Shown piece after piece: positions 12,001 to 20,951 of a stretch of 64,000 nucleotides of DNA. The notes below the pieces were generated by a model, which was not told where the DNA came from, made no database searches, and saw only the letters and a list, made by a program, of their open reading frames with translations. Position numbers and translations under genes: made by a program. Each line of letters opens with the position of its first letter. The stretch's first letter is position 1. Location: contig CAIWVW010000143.1 of the NCBI GenBank assembly GCA_903916255.1, positions 12,589 through 76,588 of the forward strand, in the 5' to 3' direction. Source of the stretch: an uncultured Bacteroidota bacterium (GTDB lineage: Bacteria > Bacteroidota > Bacteroidia > JABEUT01).

Positions 12001-12118
12001 CAAAGGAAATGGGCTGAAGAATATGAGGCAGCGAGCATCCCAACTAAACGGCACAATTACAATCAAAAGCAAGCCTGGCGAAGGCACTGATGTTAAACTC
12101 CAATTCCGATACACATAA
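9041..12118 (+). CDS. Hybrid-type sensor histidine kinase: periplasmic beta-propeller/Y_Y_Y domain, TM, HisKA_3 (DesK/NarX-type) and HATPase
   Basis: 1025 aa. Long N-terminal W/G-rich propeller repeats, a TM segment (WWFFLLCSLAIFILGYLLYY), H-box LHDDVGSSLSSISI, and ATP-binding motifs at the C-terminus. Confidence 0.8.
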   Translation: MHKTAIVFKRIKRIYAISLLLLLRFISYAQEDIRFNHLTIEDGLPSNNINCMLQDKQGYIWFGTKGGLARYDGNSIQTFVHAENDSASISNNQIECLYEDNQNNMWIGTYFGLSKYNFLKKDFTNYYFDKWSTSMEASLITSIMQDNKGMLYIATGTGIFKADPTNPHFTLMKSFSEDHYGFLIHGMTSTSKGRIFILMDTALLYSDDYCNSLKTAVNYSISGKLYFSELYYDKSDEHLWFGIYGQSIAYEFNTHTFGIKKYSLESSSSFKANYAAYDFCRLNDSIMLAGCLFGHTKGGGGVIFLNTKRDTYLSYIHQIENPFSMSNGNVWCLMKDCQNTFWIGTDEGINNFNLQQLNFHWTSTDNCGIKGLNDFTIGQLCYNGNLWIGAFGDGLVEYNVSNHTFSLYKPPLLQDIKDRDYVFSMFLDNNTIWLGVGKGIMRFDITNRKFDTMKLAVPELKELYISSTRGIGKDNEGTYWFGTYSSGVFSYNPSTGKGTNYLNRKINFTTKYRNYIRCMNVDKEGTKWVGTYDDGFYRIDAVTNRISWNIPDDKKAEVMQRGWINDICCDSGGNTYIATQGDGLIIYEAKTKSFRTMRNPRLTEDNKINKIVEYTKGHLWLATGKGLSCWDLNNSIFLNYPEGKRLANMVSVAGCISPNGIVYFGGGNELLYFNPDKLTETSPYIHPDVTSLSVMNKDYISDINKPLSLTYKDNYVSFTFSAFDFLNEKGDRFAYYLEGFDKDWNYCNNRHFATYTNLPGGNYTFHLKAQNSAGEWIESAHPVIMNFSSPYYKKWWFFLLCSLAIFILGYLLYYAQIQSELEAVRLRARLARDLHDDVGSSLSSISIISSMATKKPQHSPEDAKRLFTKISETSQRTLDSISDLVWTLDPENDLMQDLFMRMRLYTSEILEAKEIMYEFNVAQETELVKMTMDKRKNIYLIFKEAINNIVKYSKCTQVLINVKLVNNTMEFEIADNGIGFTEGHTEHKGNGLKNMRQRASQLNGTITIKSKPGEGTDVKLQFRYT

Positions 12119-12170
12119 TTATGTGTATCGTTAAATAATTTCAATTAAACTACTTTTACCTTTTTAAAGT

Positions 12171-12812
12171 ATGGAAGACATTATCCAGATTGTAATTTAC
12201 GAAGATAATCCTGACTTGCTTCAAACGCTTTCAGAATTAATACTGTCTGTCCGTGAGTTTAATTTACTCGGGGCTTTTCCAAATGCGGAAAATGCTTTAA
12301 CAGATATGGAAAGGCTTAAGCCTGAAATTGTTTTAATGGATATTGAAATGCCCGGCATAAATGGTAAAGACGCTTTGAAAAAAATAAAATCTAAATACCC
12401 CGACACGGAAATAATAATGCTTACGGTTTTTGAGGATAATGCAAATATTTTTGAAAGTATAAAATCAGGCGCTTCCGGATATATTCTTAAACGAACCCCG
12501 CCGGATAAAATTATCGAATCAATTAAAGATGTAAAAAAAGGAGGTGTTTCCATGACTCCTTCCGTTGCAAAAAAAATTCTGCAACTACTGCCGAAATCAT
12601 ATTCCGAAATTCCCGAATCTGTAAATCTTTCTCCGCGTGAAACGCAAATTCTAACACTCCTAACAAGAGGATTCAGCTACAAAATGATTTCATCTGAATT
12701 AACCGTAAGTATTGATACAGTGAGGACTTTCATTAAGCGTATTTATAAAAAACTGCATGTCAATTCAATGACTGAGGCTGTTTCAAAAGCAATTAATGAC
12801 AGGCTGGTCTAA
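12171..12812 (+). CDS. Response regulator, NarL/FixJ (LuxR-type HTH) family
   Basis: 213 aa. REC domain (VLMDIEMPGING), then the LuxR HTH (LSPRETQILTLLTRGFSYKMISSEL). Lies 53 bp downstream of the kinase, so probably its cognate partner. Confidence 0.85.
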   Translation: MEDIIQIVIYEDNPDLLQTLSELILSVREFNLLGAFPNAENALTDMERLKPEIVLMDIEMPGINGKDALKKIKSKYPDTEIIMLTVFEDNANIFESIKSGASGYILKRTPPDKIIESIKDVKKGGVSMTPSVAKKILQLLPKSYSEIPESVNLSPRETQILTLLTRGFSYKMISSELTVSIDTVRTFIKRIYKKLHVNSMTEAVSKAINDRLV

Positions 12813-12844
12813 TTACAATTTAGCTTTTTTTGATACCTGAAACA

Positions 12845-12877
12845 AAAAACGAAGATTTTAAAACATTCGTTTTTTAA
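12845..12877 (+). terminator. Candidate intrinsic terminator after the response-regulator gene
   Basis: Inverted repeat AAAACGAA ... TTCGTTTT followed directly by a T-run (12866-12877). AT-rich stem. Confidence 0.35.
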
Positions 12878-12907
12878 TCATAAGTAATTATATATCTTTA
12901 CTTTAAG

Positions 12908-12979
12908 TGCCCCCGGCGAGAATCGAACTCACATCAAAAGTTTAGGAAACTTCTATTCTATCCATTGAACTACGGCGGC
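12908..12979 (-). tRNA. tRNA-Arg (anticodon CCT)
   Basis: Reverse complement GCCGCCGTAGTTCAATGGATAGAATAGAAGTTTCCTAAACTTTTGATGTGAGTTCGATTCTCGCCGGGGGCA folds as a cloverleaf. D-arm GTTC/GAAT, anticodon loop TTCCTAA, T-arm GTGAG-TTCGATT-CTCGC, discriminator A. Confidence 0.75.
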
Positions 12980-13032
12980 AGTATCTGAACTATGAACTAA
13001 GAGTGAAAAGTGGAAGGTTTTATGCATTTTCT

Positions 13033-15075
13033 TTATTTAACTATTCCTCCGTTTTCAGCGTTAATATCTGTTGGGGCGACAAAGATAAGTTTGCCATCTG
13101 AATTTTCAGCCATTAATATCATTCCCTGAGATACTATACCCTTTAATTTTCTTGGAGCAAGATTAACTAACAAGCATACTTGCTTACCCACAATATCTTC
13201 CGGTGAATGGTATTTTGCAATACCCGAAACAACTGTCCTTACATCGATTCCGGTGTTAACGGTAAGTTTTAAAAGCTTATCAGCCCCTTTAACTTTTTCT
13301 GCAGCTGTAATGGTCGCAACACGGATATCAATCTTTTCAAAATCTTCAAATACAATTTCAGGTTTTTGCGAGAGAACACTTGGATTCGCTTCTACAGGCG
13401 GCTGATTTTCGACTTTGCTTTGATGCAGTTTCACAATTTGTTTCTCTATATCGAAGTCTTCTATTTTCTCAAATAACATTACAGGCTCTCCCAACTGATG
13501 GCCTTCGCGCAACATATCGGCTTTGCCGACACTATCCCAGTTTAAGGGTGCAATATTAAGCAAACTGCAAAGCTTATCTGCCGTAAATGGCAGAAAAGGC
13601 CTCATTAATGCCGTAAGGTTGGTACAAATTTGCAAAGAAATATTCAACACGGTTTGCACCCGTTTGGGATTTGTGTTAAAAATTTTCCAGGGTTCGTTAT
13701 CCGCTAAATATTTATTACCCATACGGGCTAAGTTCATCAGTTCGGCAAGGGCTTCCCTAAAGTGAAAGATTTCAATTGCATCACCTATTTTTTTGGGGAA
13801 ACGGCTTAATTCCTCCATTAAAAAAAGGTCGCTTTTTTCATACTCTAAAACCGCAGGAACTTTACCGTCGAAATATTTTTTGGTAAGCACATTGGTGCGG
13901 TGAACAAAGTTGCCAAGTATCGCAACTAACTCACTATTATTCCGGGTTTGGAAATCGGCCCAGGTAAAATCATTGTCTTTCGTTTCCGGGGCATTAGCGC
14001 AAAGCACATAGCGCAACACATCCTGTTTGCCGGGAAAATCATCCAAGTATTCATGCACCCACACCGCCCAATTGCGGGAGGTGGAGATTTTTTCTCCTTC
14101 TAAATTTAAGAATTCGTTGGCCGGAACATTATCAGGTAAAATATATTCTCCGTCGCACATCAGCATAGATGGAAATATAATGCAATGGAAAACGATATTA
14201 TCCTTTCCAATAAAATGAATGAGTCGGGTATCTTTATCTTTCCAATATTTTTCCCAATCTTTGGTAAGTTCTTTTGTAGCTGAAATATAACCGATGGGGG
14301 CATCGAACCATACATACAACACTTTACCTTCTGCATCTGCTAACGGGACTTTTACACCCCAATCCAAATCGCGGGTCATCGCTCGCGGGTGCAAACCCTG
14401 ATTTAACCATGATTTGCATTGCCCAAAAACATTGGGTTTCCAATCGCTGTGCGAATCGATATAGGCGTCTATCTGAGGTTGTAACTTATCCAGTGGCAGA
14501 AACCAGTTTTTAGTTTCTTTCAAAATGGGTTTTTCTCCACTAAGGGTAGAAACCGGATTTATTAAATCCATTGGACTTAATGATGTTCCGCATTTTTCAC
14601 ATTGGTCGCCATATGCATTCGGGTTGCCGCAATTGGGACAGGTACCTGTTATGTAGCGGTCGGCCAAAAACTGCCCTACCTTTTCATCATAATATTGCTC
14701 TGTTACCGATTCTGTGAATACGCCTTTATCATAGAGCTTTAAAAAGAAATCGGAGGCTGTTTTATGGTGAACCGGCGAAGATGTGCGCGAATAAATAGAA
14801 AAAGCAATACCAAACTCTTCAAAAGTTTTTTTCATCAGTGCGTGGTACTTATCTACTATTTCCTGAGGAGTGCAATCTTCTTTTCTTGCTCTAATAGTTA
14901 TTGGTACTCCATGCTCATCGGAACCACAGATAAAAATAACATCCTTTCCGCGGGAACGCAAATAACGCACATAAATATCAGCCGGAAGATAGCAACCGGC
15001 TATATGACCAATGTGCAGCCCTCCATTTGCATATGGCAAGGCTGCTGTAACGGTATGTCGCTTAAAGGTATGCAT
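13033..15075 (-). CDS. metG: Methionyl-tRNA synthetase with C-terminal EMAP/tRNA-binding domain
   Basis: HIGH motif [15 protein letters not shown]. Zn-knuckle cysteines CPNCG...CEKCG. The C-terminal segment [14 protein letters not shown]...GMILMA is assigned to the Trbp111-like tRNA-binding domain by resemblance only. The ORF track extends to 15129, but the start matching bacterial MetRS is the internal [15 protein letters not shown]. Confidence 0.9.
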   Translation of the reverse strand: MHTFKRHTVTAALPYANGGLHIGHIAGCYLPADIYVRYLRSRGKDVIFICGSDEHGVPITIRARKEDCTPQEIVDKYHALMKKTFEEFGIAFSIYSRTSSPVHHKTASDFFLKLYDKGVFTESVTEQYYDEKVGQFLADRYITGTCPNCGNPNAYGDQCEKCGTSLSPMDLINPVSTLSGEKPILKETKNWFLPLDKLQPQIDAYIDSHSDWKPNVFGQCKSWLNQGLHPRAMTRDLDWGVKVPLADAEGKVLYVWFDAPIGYISATKELTKDWEKYWKDKDTRLIHFIGKDNIVFHCIIFPSMLMCDGEYILPDNVPANEFLNLEGEKISTSRNWAVWVHEYLDDFPGKQDVLRYVLCANAPETKDNDFTWADFQTRNNSELVAILGNFVHRTNVLTKKYFDGKVPAVLEYEKSDLFLMEELSRFPKKIGDAIEIFHFREALAELMNLARMGNKYLADNEPWKIFNTNPKRVQTVLNISLQICTNLTALMRPFLPFTADKLCSLLNIAPLNWDSVGKADMLREGHQLGEPVMLFEKIEDFDIEKQIVKLHQSKVENQPPVEANPSVLSQKPEIVFEDFEKIDIRVATITAAEKVKGADKLLKLTVNTGIDVRTVVSGIAKYHSPEDIVGKQVCLLVNLAPRKLKGIVSQGMILMAENSDGKLIFVAPTDINAENGGIVK

Positions 15076-15172
15076 GAATTGGAGCGCGAAGATAATGCGA
15101 AATACCTCTAAAATGGATGTGACTTCCATAATTTCTTATATTTGACCTGCTTAACAATCTAATACATACAGA

Positions 15173-16279
15173 ATGAAAACATATTTACTCCCCGGATTGC
15201 TCTTTTTAATAATTGGAAATACAGCTATTTCCCAAATTATAATAACGCAGGCTGATATGCCCCAACCCGGCGACACTATTCGTTTAAGCACAACTACTGA
15301 TACTACCGGACTCCCGGCTCCGGCATACACGGGTGCCGGTGTTACTTGGAATTATGCATCATTAGTTGCTCAGTCACAAACTATTGATACTTTTTTGAGT
15401 GTTTCCTCAACACCGCTAGCCTATCAGCTTTTCTTCAATGATGCGATACTTTACCCTAACTATGTATCGACTGTTGCACAAACAGGCGCTACTCCGCCTG
15501 CATTGGGACCTATTACGATTAAAGATGTTATCAACTATTATAAAGACGAAAGTTCCAATTATGAAAGCGTAGGATATGGCGCTAGCATTAACTCCATACC
15601 AACTTCGGTAAAAGATGATACGATTGATGTGGTATATAAATTCCCTATGAACTACGGCAATTCCGACTCCTGCAATTCCAGCAGCCATATAGGTATTACG
15701 TCATTGGGTTATTATGGAACCCATCAAAAACGGGTAAACCACGTTGACGGATGGGGTACACTTATTACTCCTTACGGCACATTTTCAGTTTTAAGGGTTA
15801 CTACACTTATTTATGCGTCAGACAGCATTTACGTGGATACTTTCCATTTTGGACTTAATACGGCACAACCCGAACAAATACAATACAAATGGCTTGGAAA
15901 TGGACATCCGATGCCATTGTTGCAGATTAATGAAAATGTGGTTGCCAATAAACCTGTATACCAAAATACTGTTTATCCCGATAAAGTTCACCCTGCAAGC
16001 ATAGCCTCTATCCAATCCTTAGTAAGCAACATCATGCTATATCCAAATCCTGCCGCTGAAAGCAGTTTACTTAACTATACCCTTGCAAGCACTACAGAAT
16101 TAAATATAAGCCTTTTCTCGGTGGATGGAAGGTGTGTTCGGAAAGTATTTGAAGGCACTCAAGCCGCAGGCAATCATCATTTAACTATAAATACGACCCA
16201 ACTTTCATCGGGCATTTATTTAGTGAAGTTAACCGGAACCAACGGACAATTGGTTACACGGCTTGCGGTGTTGCACTAA
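15173..16279 (+). CDS. Secreted hypothetical protein with T9SS C-terminal sorting domain
   Basis: N-terminal signal peptide. C-terminal about 80 aa (LYPNPAAESS...LFSVDGRCV...GIYLVKL) matches the T9SS CTD pattern. Confidence 0.6.
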   Translation: MKTYLLPGLLFLIIGNTAISQIIITQADMPQPGDTIRLSTTTDTTGLPAPAYTGAGVTWNYASLVAQSQTIDTFLSVSSTPLAYQLFFNDAILYPNYVSTVAQTGATPPALGPITIKDVINYYKDESSNYESVGYGASINSIPTSVKDDTIDVVYKFPMNYGNSDSCNSSSHIGITSLGYYGTHQKRVNHVDGWGTLITPYGTFSVLRVTTLIYASDSIYVDTFHFGLNTAQPEQIQYKWLGNGHPMPLLQINENVVANKPVYQNTVYPDKVHPASIASIQSLVSNIMLYPNPAAESSLLNYTLASTTELNISLFSVDGRCVRKVFEGTQAAGNHHLTINTTQLSSGIYLVKLTGTNGQLVTRLAVLH

Positions 16280-16292
16280 AGGTAAACGGCCT

Positions 16293-17702
16293 TTATATTC
16301 TGAAGAGGATTGCAACTATAACACGGTTCTCGCTTCTTACCAAATCAGGTGTCCATCCCGGAGGAAGGGGAGTTGTGGTATATCCTGTCGGGGAGGTTAC
16401 TCCTCCCGGCCCCGCAAAATAACCTACACTTGCCTGGCGATGCACCAATTCTAATTTAAACTCTATGCTTTGATTAGGCATCCATGCGATATTGGTGGAG
16501 CAATCCCAACCGGTAAACTGGTCGCCGGGGTTTTGTGTAAACGGAAAAGCCCCCACGGTTTGGGTAGGATTATAGGGGTTTGGCAAATCACTTGCCTGGC
16601 CTGTAGGTTCAAGCACAAGGTAGCGGCCCGGATTTGTCATCCACCCTCCGCCAACAAGCCATGCCCATTTGCCATGCGCAAACCATATCCGGTTATAAAA
16701 CATGGCGCTCAGAAAATATTGTGCGTAGCCATGCAGGGAATCGCCCTTTTTAAAACCATTAAAGCCATTCACACCATCACCTTGCTCGTCTCCTAAATCA
16801 GCGGTCAATGAAAAAGCCATTTGGGTAATTCCCTTCTTCGTTTTTGGGTGATGGTAATATCTCCATAAAAAGCTATTGTCGGAATGGATTCTATGCCTAC
16901 CTAATAAACCTGCATCATCGGAACCATAATAGTCATTGGTTAAAAGTTTTATATTTTCATTGGGACACCAGGTAATATTTCCGCCCGCTCCGGGCATATC
17001 GTTAAAACTGCCGTAGCTCTGCCATCCGTTAATTACCCATATTTCCATTTTGAAAAAATTGGAGAAAAAAATCTGGGTTCGCAAGCCGTTAAAAAACCAG
17101 GGTGTATTATCGGATGTAAAAGATGCCTGATAATCCCAATTTTCAGGCTGGTAATAAGAGTTAAGGCCAATATAAGACATAAATAATCCACCATCCAGAT
17201 TAATGCCGTGCAGCACGTTAAAGTGATAGCCTCCATAAGCTTCGCTTAAATAACGGTAAGCATCCACCATATCATACTGGCCGCGATAAGTGCTGTAATC
17301 ATTCCGGGGAACCACTTCGGAGCGGGTTCCAAATTGGGTCATAAATCTCCCGCGCGCGCCGTCATAGTTAAAATCTCCACCAAAACCTATGGCAGAAACT
17401 TCCATTTCATTATCTCTCGCAAGCGCCGTAGAACCCACAACAGTATGGTCTATGGGGTTATTGGCAGAATAGGTTACATTGGCATCCACAAAAATTTCCG
17501 GAGAAAAATAGGGAATATGAAATACGGAAGAATCACGGCGGTCGTTGCCATTTACCCAACTTTGGTCCATTCCGTCGAAAGGAGTTTGGTCCTGTATTAT
17601 ATGTTTTTGTGCTGCCGTATCTTTCGGACTTATTTCCGCCTTAGTTAGTTGAGCAAACAATACTATTGGAAGTGCAAGTAAAGTAGTTTTTTTGCTATTC
17701 AT
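16293..17702 (-). CDS. Putative outer-membrane beta-barrel protein (porin-like)
   Basis: Signal peptide. Rich in aromatic/Gly alternating segments and has no hydrophobic helices. Family not identified. Confidence 0.4.
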   Translation of the reverse strand: MNSKKTTLLALPIVLFAQLTKAEISPKDTAAQKHIIQDQTPFDGMDQSWVNGNDRRDSSVFHIPYFSPEIFVDANVTYSANNPIDHTVVGSTALARDNEMEVSAIGFGGDFNYDGARGRFMTQFGTRSEVVPRNDYSTYRGQYDMVDAYRYLSEAYGGYHFNVLHGINLDGGLFMSYIGLNSYYQPENWDYQASFTSDNTPWFFNGLRTQIFFSNFFKMEIWVINGWQSYGSFNDMPGAGGNITWCPNENIKLLTNDYYGSDDAGLLGRHRIHSDNSFLWRYYHHPKTKKGITQMAFSLTADLGDEQGDGVNGFNGFKKGDSLHGYAQYFLSAMFYNRIWFAHGKWAWLVGGGWMTNPGRYLVLEPTGQASDLPNPYNPTQTVGAFPFTQNPGDQFTGWDCSTNIAWMPNQSIEFKLELVHRQASVGYFAGPGGVTSPTGYTTTPLPPGWTPDLVRSENRVIVAILFRI

Positions 17703-17834
17703 ATTTCATCTTGATTTTATAAAAGGCCATTGTAATTATTTACAAATATATTTATTAATGAAGAACCCCTTAGAAAGCTAGCTCACTTTGTATTACAAAA
17801 ACATTCTATAAAAATTTAGTTATTTTGCAGCATC

Positions 17835-18752
17835 ATGTTGTCGCAAGAATCAATAGAAAACTACTTTCTTAACCTTCAGGATGAAATCTGCAAAGGCCTT
17901 GAAAACGCCGATGGTAAAGGAAAGTTCCAGGAAGATTTATGGAAACGCCCCGAAGGTGGGGGCGGCCGGACCCGCATTATTGCCAATGGAAATGTGATTG
18001 AAAAAGGCGGGGTTAATTTTTCCGCGGTAAGCGGCCCTTGCCCCGATTTTTTAAGAAAGGAAGCCGGATTGAAAGAAAATGAGCAGGCAGACTTTTATGC
18101 TACCGGAGTTTCGTTAGTAATACATCCCGTAAACCCAATGGCGCCCATCATCCACATGAATGTGCGCTACCTGAAAGCGGGTAATTTGGAATGGTTTGGT
18201 GGTGGAATTGATTTAACACCCCATTATATTTTTGAGGAAGATGCAAAGTTCTTCCATACCCATTTGAAAAAAGTGTGCGATGGACATAACGCCTCCTACT
18301 ATCCCGAATTTAAAAAATGGGCGGATGATTATTTTTTCATACAACACAGAAATGAAACCCGCGGTATTGGCGGCATCTTCTTCGACCGCCTATCGGCAAC
18401 AGATTCAATTAAGATAGAAGACCGTTTCAATTTTGTACAAGGGGTTGGAAATAGTTTCCTCCAGGCCTATTTGCCCTTGATAGAAAAGTATAAAAACAAA
18501 CCTTTTACCGAAGCCAACAAACAATGGCAACTCTTGCGTAGAGGAAGGTATGTAGAGTTTAATTTGGTGTATGACAGAGGCACAAAATTCGGTTTGCTTA
18601 CCAATGGAAGAACAGAATCTATTTTGATGAGCCTCCCCCCTACTGCCAATTGGGAATATGCCAACCAACCTGAAAAAGGCAGTGAAGAAGAAAAAACGTT
18701 GGGGCTTTTGAAAAAAGGGATTGAGTGGGGTGAACTAGAAAAAGAGAATTAA
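17835..18752 (+). CDS. hemF: Oxygen-dependent coproporphyrinogen III oxidase
   Basis: 305 aa. Shows the segments RPEGGGGRTRII, HPVNPMAPIIHMNVRY, GGGIDLTPHYIFEEDAKFFH and LVYDRGTKFGL, assigned to HemF by resemblance. Confidence 0.9.
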   Translation: MLSQESIENYFLNLQDEICKGLENADGKGKFQEDLWKRPEGGGGRTRIIANGNVIEKGGVNFSAVSGPCPDFLRKEAGLKENEQADFYATGVSLVIHPVNPMAPIIHMNVRYLKAGNLEWFGGGIDLTPHYIFEEDAKFFHTHLKKVCDGHNASYYPEFKKWADDYFFIQHRNETRGIGGIFFDRLSATDSIKIEDRFNFVQGVGNSFLQAYLPLIEKYKNKPFTEANKQWQLLRRGRYVEFNLVYDRGTKFGLLTNGRTESILMSLPPTANWEYANQPEKGSEEEKTLGLLKKGIEWGELEKEN

Positions 18753-18755
18753 AAT

Positions 18756-19031
18756 TTGAAATACTCATTAAAACTTAAATACTTATTACCCTCCCTGATA
18801 TTCTTTATTGCTTATTGGCCAATTGTAATATTTTGCACTATAATTGGAATGGCTATTGATGTGAAGGGAGCACCACCTAAACCGGAAGAAAATATTTTAT
18901 TCTTCGTTTTAAAAACTTTATACCCTTTTGAGATTGGATATTTTGGAAACGCATTAGTTCTTACCTTATGTGTTTTTCTTATTACACTATTTTTTATTTG
19001 GGTTAAACAAAAAATGAAGAAAATTCAATAG
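18756..19031 (+). CDS. Small hydrophobic membrane protein, hypothetical
   Basis: 91 aa, two to three predicted TM helices. Starts 4 bp after the hemF stop. Confidence 0.35.
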   Translation: MKYSLKLKYLLPSLIFFIAYWPIVIFCTIIGMAIDVKGAPPKPEENILFFVLKTLYPFEIGYFGNALVLTLCVFLITLFFIWVKQKMKKIQ

Positions 19032-19036
19032 GTTTT

Positions 19037-19795
19037 CTACATCACAATTTTATATAGCACCGGTTTGCTTGGCGTAGCATCGTTTTCAAAACTAGCTATT
19101 TGCAGGTTGAGCAGGTATGTTCCATCCAATACATCGTTGGGGACATAAATTAATTCGGTTATCGTTTTATGCAGTTGGGGGTTGTTTGGGTAATCCCAAA
19201 AAATATGATGCGCATTTAATTTTCCATCATCTTTTTCCCTATCCACCGAAGGTAAATCAATCAGCAAATGCTCTATTTCCAATGCAACAATTAATCGCGC
19301 GGCATCCTCCGTCAAATAGGGTGGGTTTGTTCCCGAATATTGCATATCAATTTTTGAAACAGGATTTGAAATGGTACGGATGATAAGGGCTTCCGGTTCT
19401 TTATCACCCAAACAATTTTCAATATGCTCCGCAGTAATTACATGGTCTCCGTTAGGTAATTCATCGGGAAGGATGCTTATCACCTCGGCAATAAAAAAGA
19501 ATTTCCGCAACACCTGGTTAATGGAATAAATCTCTTTGCTGATATGCCCCACCGATTCAGTATGCGTTCCGTTCCCATGCGGATTAAAAGCAATGTTGCG
19601 AAAGTTGACCGAACCACCAAGTGACACCTCACCCACCCAATCGCCAACTCGAACCGGCTCTATCTTTACAGGTGCGGCATTCCATGCATTTACATTATTT
19701 TCTCCCGCCCGCAGCGGAATGGAAATATCGCTGGGTTTATCCAAATCACTTTTGTATAATTTCCCTTTATGGTTGATGGTTGTAAACATTTTCAA
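19037..19795 (-). CDS. Putative cyclase-family (arylformamidase/KynB-like) protein
   Basis: 252 aa. The NPHGNGTHTESVGH segment resembles the HxGTHxDxPxH metal motif of cyclase-family proteins. Weak assignment. Confidence 0.45.
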   Translation of the reverse strand: MKMFTTINHKGKLYKSDLDKPSDISIPLRAGENNVNAWNAAPVKIEPVRVGDWVGEVSLGGSVNFRNIAFNPHGNGTHTESVGHISKEIYSINQVLRKFFFIAEVISILPDELPNGDHVITAEHIENCLGDKEPEALIIRTISNPVSKIDMQYSGTNPPYLTEDAARLIVALEIEHLLIDLPSVDREKDDGKLNAHHIFWDYPNNPQLHKTITELIYVPNDVLDGTYLLNLQIASFENDATPSKPVLYKIVM

Positions 19796-19809
19796 GTCTT
19801 TAAGCCCCT

Positions 19810-20946
19810 TTAGGGGTTTGGGGCAATAAATAAATCGGATGCTATTTTATCGGCAAGCAATTTACCGCTTTTTGTCAATACCAAACAATCCTGTTTCCAT
19901 TGCAAATTTCCTGAAATAATATACGGTTCAGCAACAACTAAAAAGGAATCGCAGGTTTCTTTTCCAAAGCTATCCAGAATAATATCCGGACTAACGCCCC
20001 ACATAGTACGGAGGCGGGTCATAATATATTCATTGTATTTATTTTCTTCGGTAAGAATTTCCATTTCAAAATCGGGTGAGACTGCCTCTATACCTTTTAT
20101 GTATTTCATATTGTTTGCAACATTAAATTGCCTTGAAACACCATTATAGGAATGCGCCGACGGCCCGATTCCAAGATAATGTTCCCCCGACCAATAACTG
20201 CTATTGTGCCTTGATTGCATACCTTCTTTACAGAAGTTGGAAATTTCATAATGGATAAAATTATGCTTTTCCGCTTCGCTCATCAGCAGTTCAAATTGCT
20301 CGATAGTTTCAGGTTCTTTAGGCAAAGTAATTTTACCTTTTTTAAGAAAATGATTGAAGGCGGTTTTTTCTTCAATAGTTAAACAATAGGCTGAAAGATG
20401 CGATACATTTAATTTAAAAGCTTGCTCCAAATTACTTTTCCATTTATCCAACGTAAGGTTTGGCAACCCATAAATCAAATCAATACTGATATTATTTATT
20501 CCGCCCGATTGGGCATTCTCCACTGCCTGTATTGCTTGTTTTGCATCATGTGAACGGTTCATCCGTTCCAAATCTTCATCAAAAAAAGATTGCACCCCAA
20601 TGCTTAACCTGTTTATTCCTGCACCTATAAGTTCCTTTATTTTCCCTTTGGTTAAATCATCGGGATTGGCTTCCAGCGTAATTTCTGCATCATATGCTAT
20701 TTCAAAATGCCCTTTTATTTCACCAATAATTTTTTTGAGTTCATCTTGACTAAGAAGTGAAGGTGTACCACCACCAAAATAAATAGTGGAGAGTTTTTTA
20801 TTTTCCAAATAACCCTTCCTTGCATCAATCTCTCTGCAAATTGCATCCATCATTAACTCTTTATTTTGCAAAGAAGTGGAAAAGTGGAAATCACAATAGT
20901 GGCAAGCCTTTTTGCAAAACGGGATATGGATATAAACCCCTGCCAT
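19810..20946 (-). CDS. hemW: Radical SAM family haem chaperone HemW (HemN-like, oxygen-independent coproporphyrinogen oxidase family)
   Basis: 378 aa. N-terminal YIHIPFCKKACHYCDFH is the CxxxCxxC radical-SAM motif in the HemW/HemN arrangement. Confidence 0.85.
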   Translation of the reverse strand: MAGVYIHIPFCKKACHYCDFHFSTSLQNKELMMDAICREIDARKGYLENKKLSTIYFGGGTPSLLSQDELKKIIGEIKGHFEIAYDAEITLEANPDDLTKGKIKELIGAGINRLSIGVQSFFDEDLERMNRSHDAKQAIQAVENAQSGGINNISIDLIYGLPNLTLDKWKSNLEQAFKLNVSHLSAYCLTIEEKTAFNHFLKKGKITLPKEPETIEQFELLMSEAEKHNFIHYEISNFCKEGMQSRHNSSYWSGEHYLGIGPSAHSYNGVSRQFNVANNMKYIKGIEAVSPDFEMEILTEENKYNEYIMTRLRTMWGVSPDIILDSFGKETCDSFLVVAEPYIISGNLQWKQDCLVLTKSGKLLADKIASDLFIAPNP

Positions 20947-20951
20947 ACAAA

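Noticed and set aside
15076-15129. 54-nt N-terminal extension of the metG ORF in the six-frame track
   Set aside because: The internal Met ([18 protein letters not shown]) reproduces the canonical bacterial MetRS N-terminus. The upstream extension ([18 protein letters not shown]) is probably not translated.
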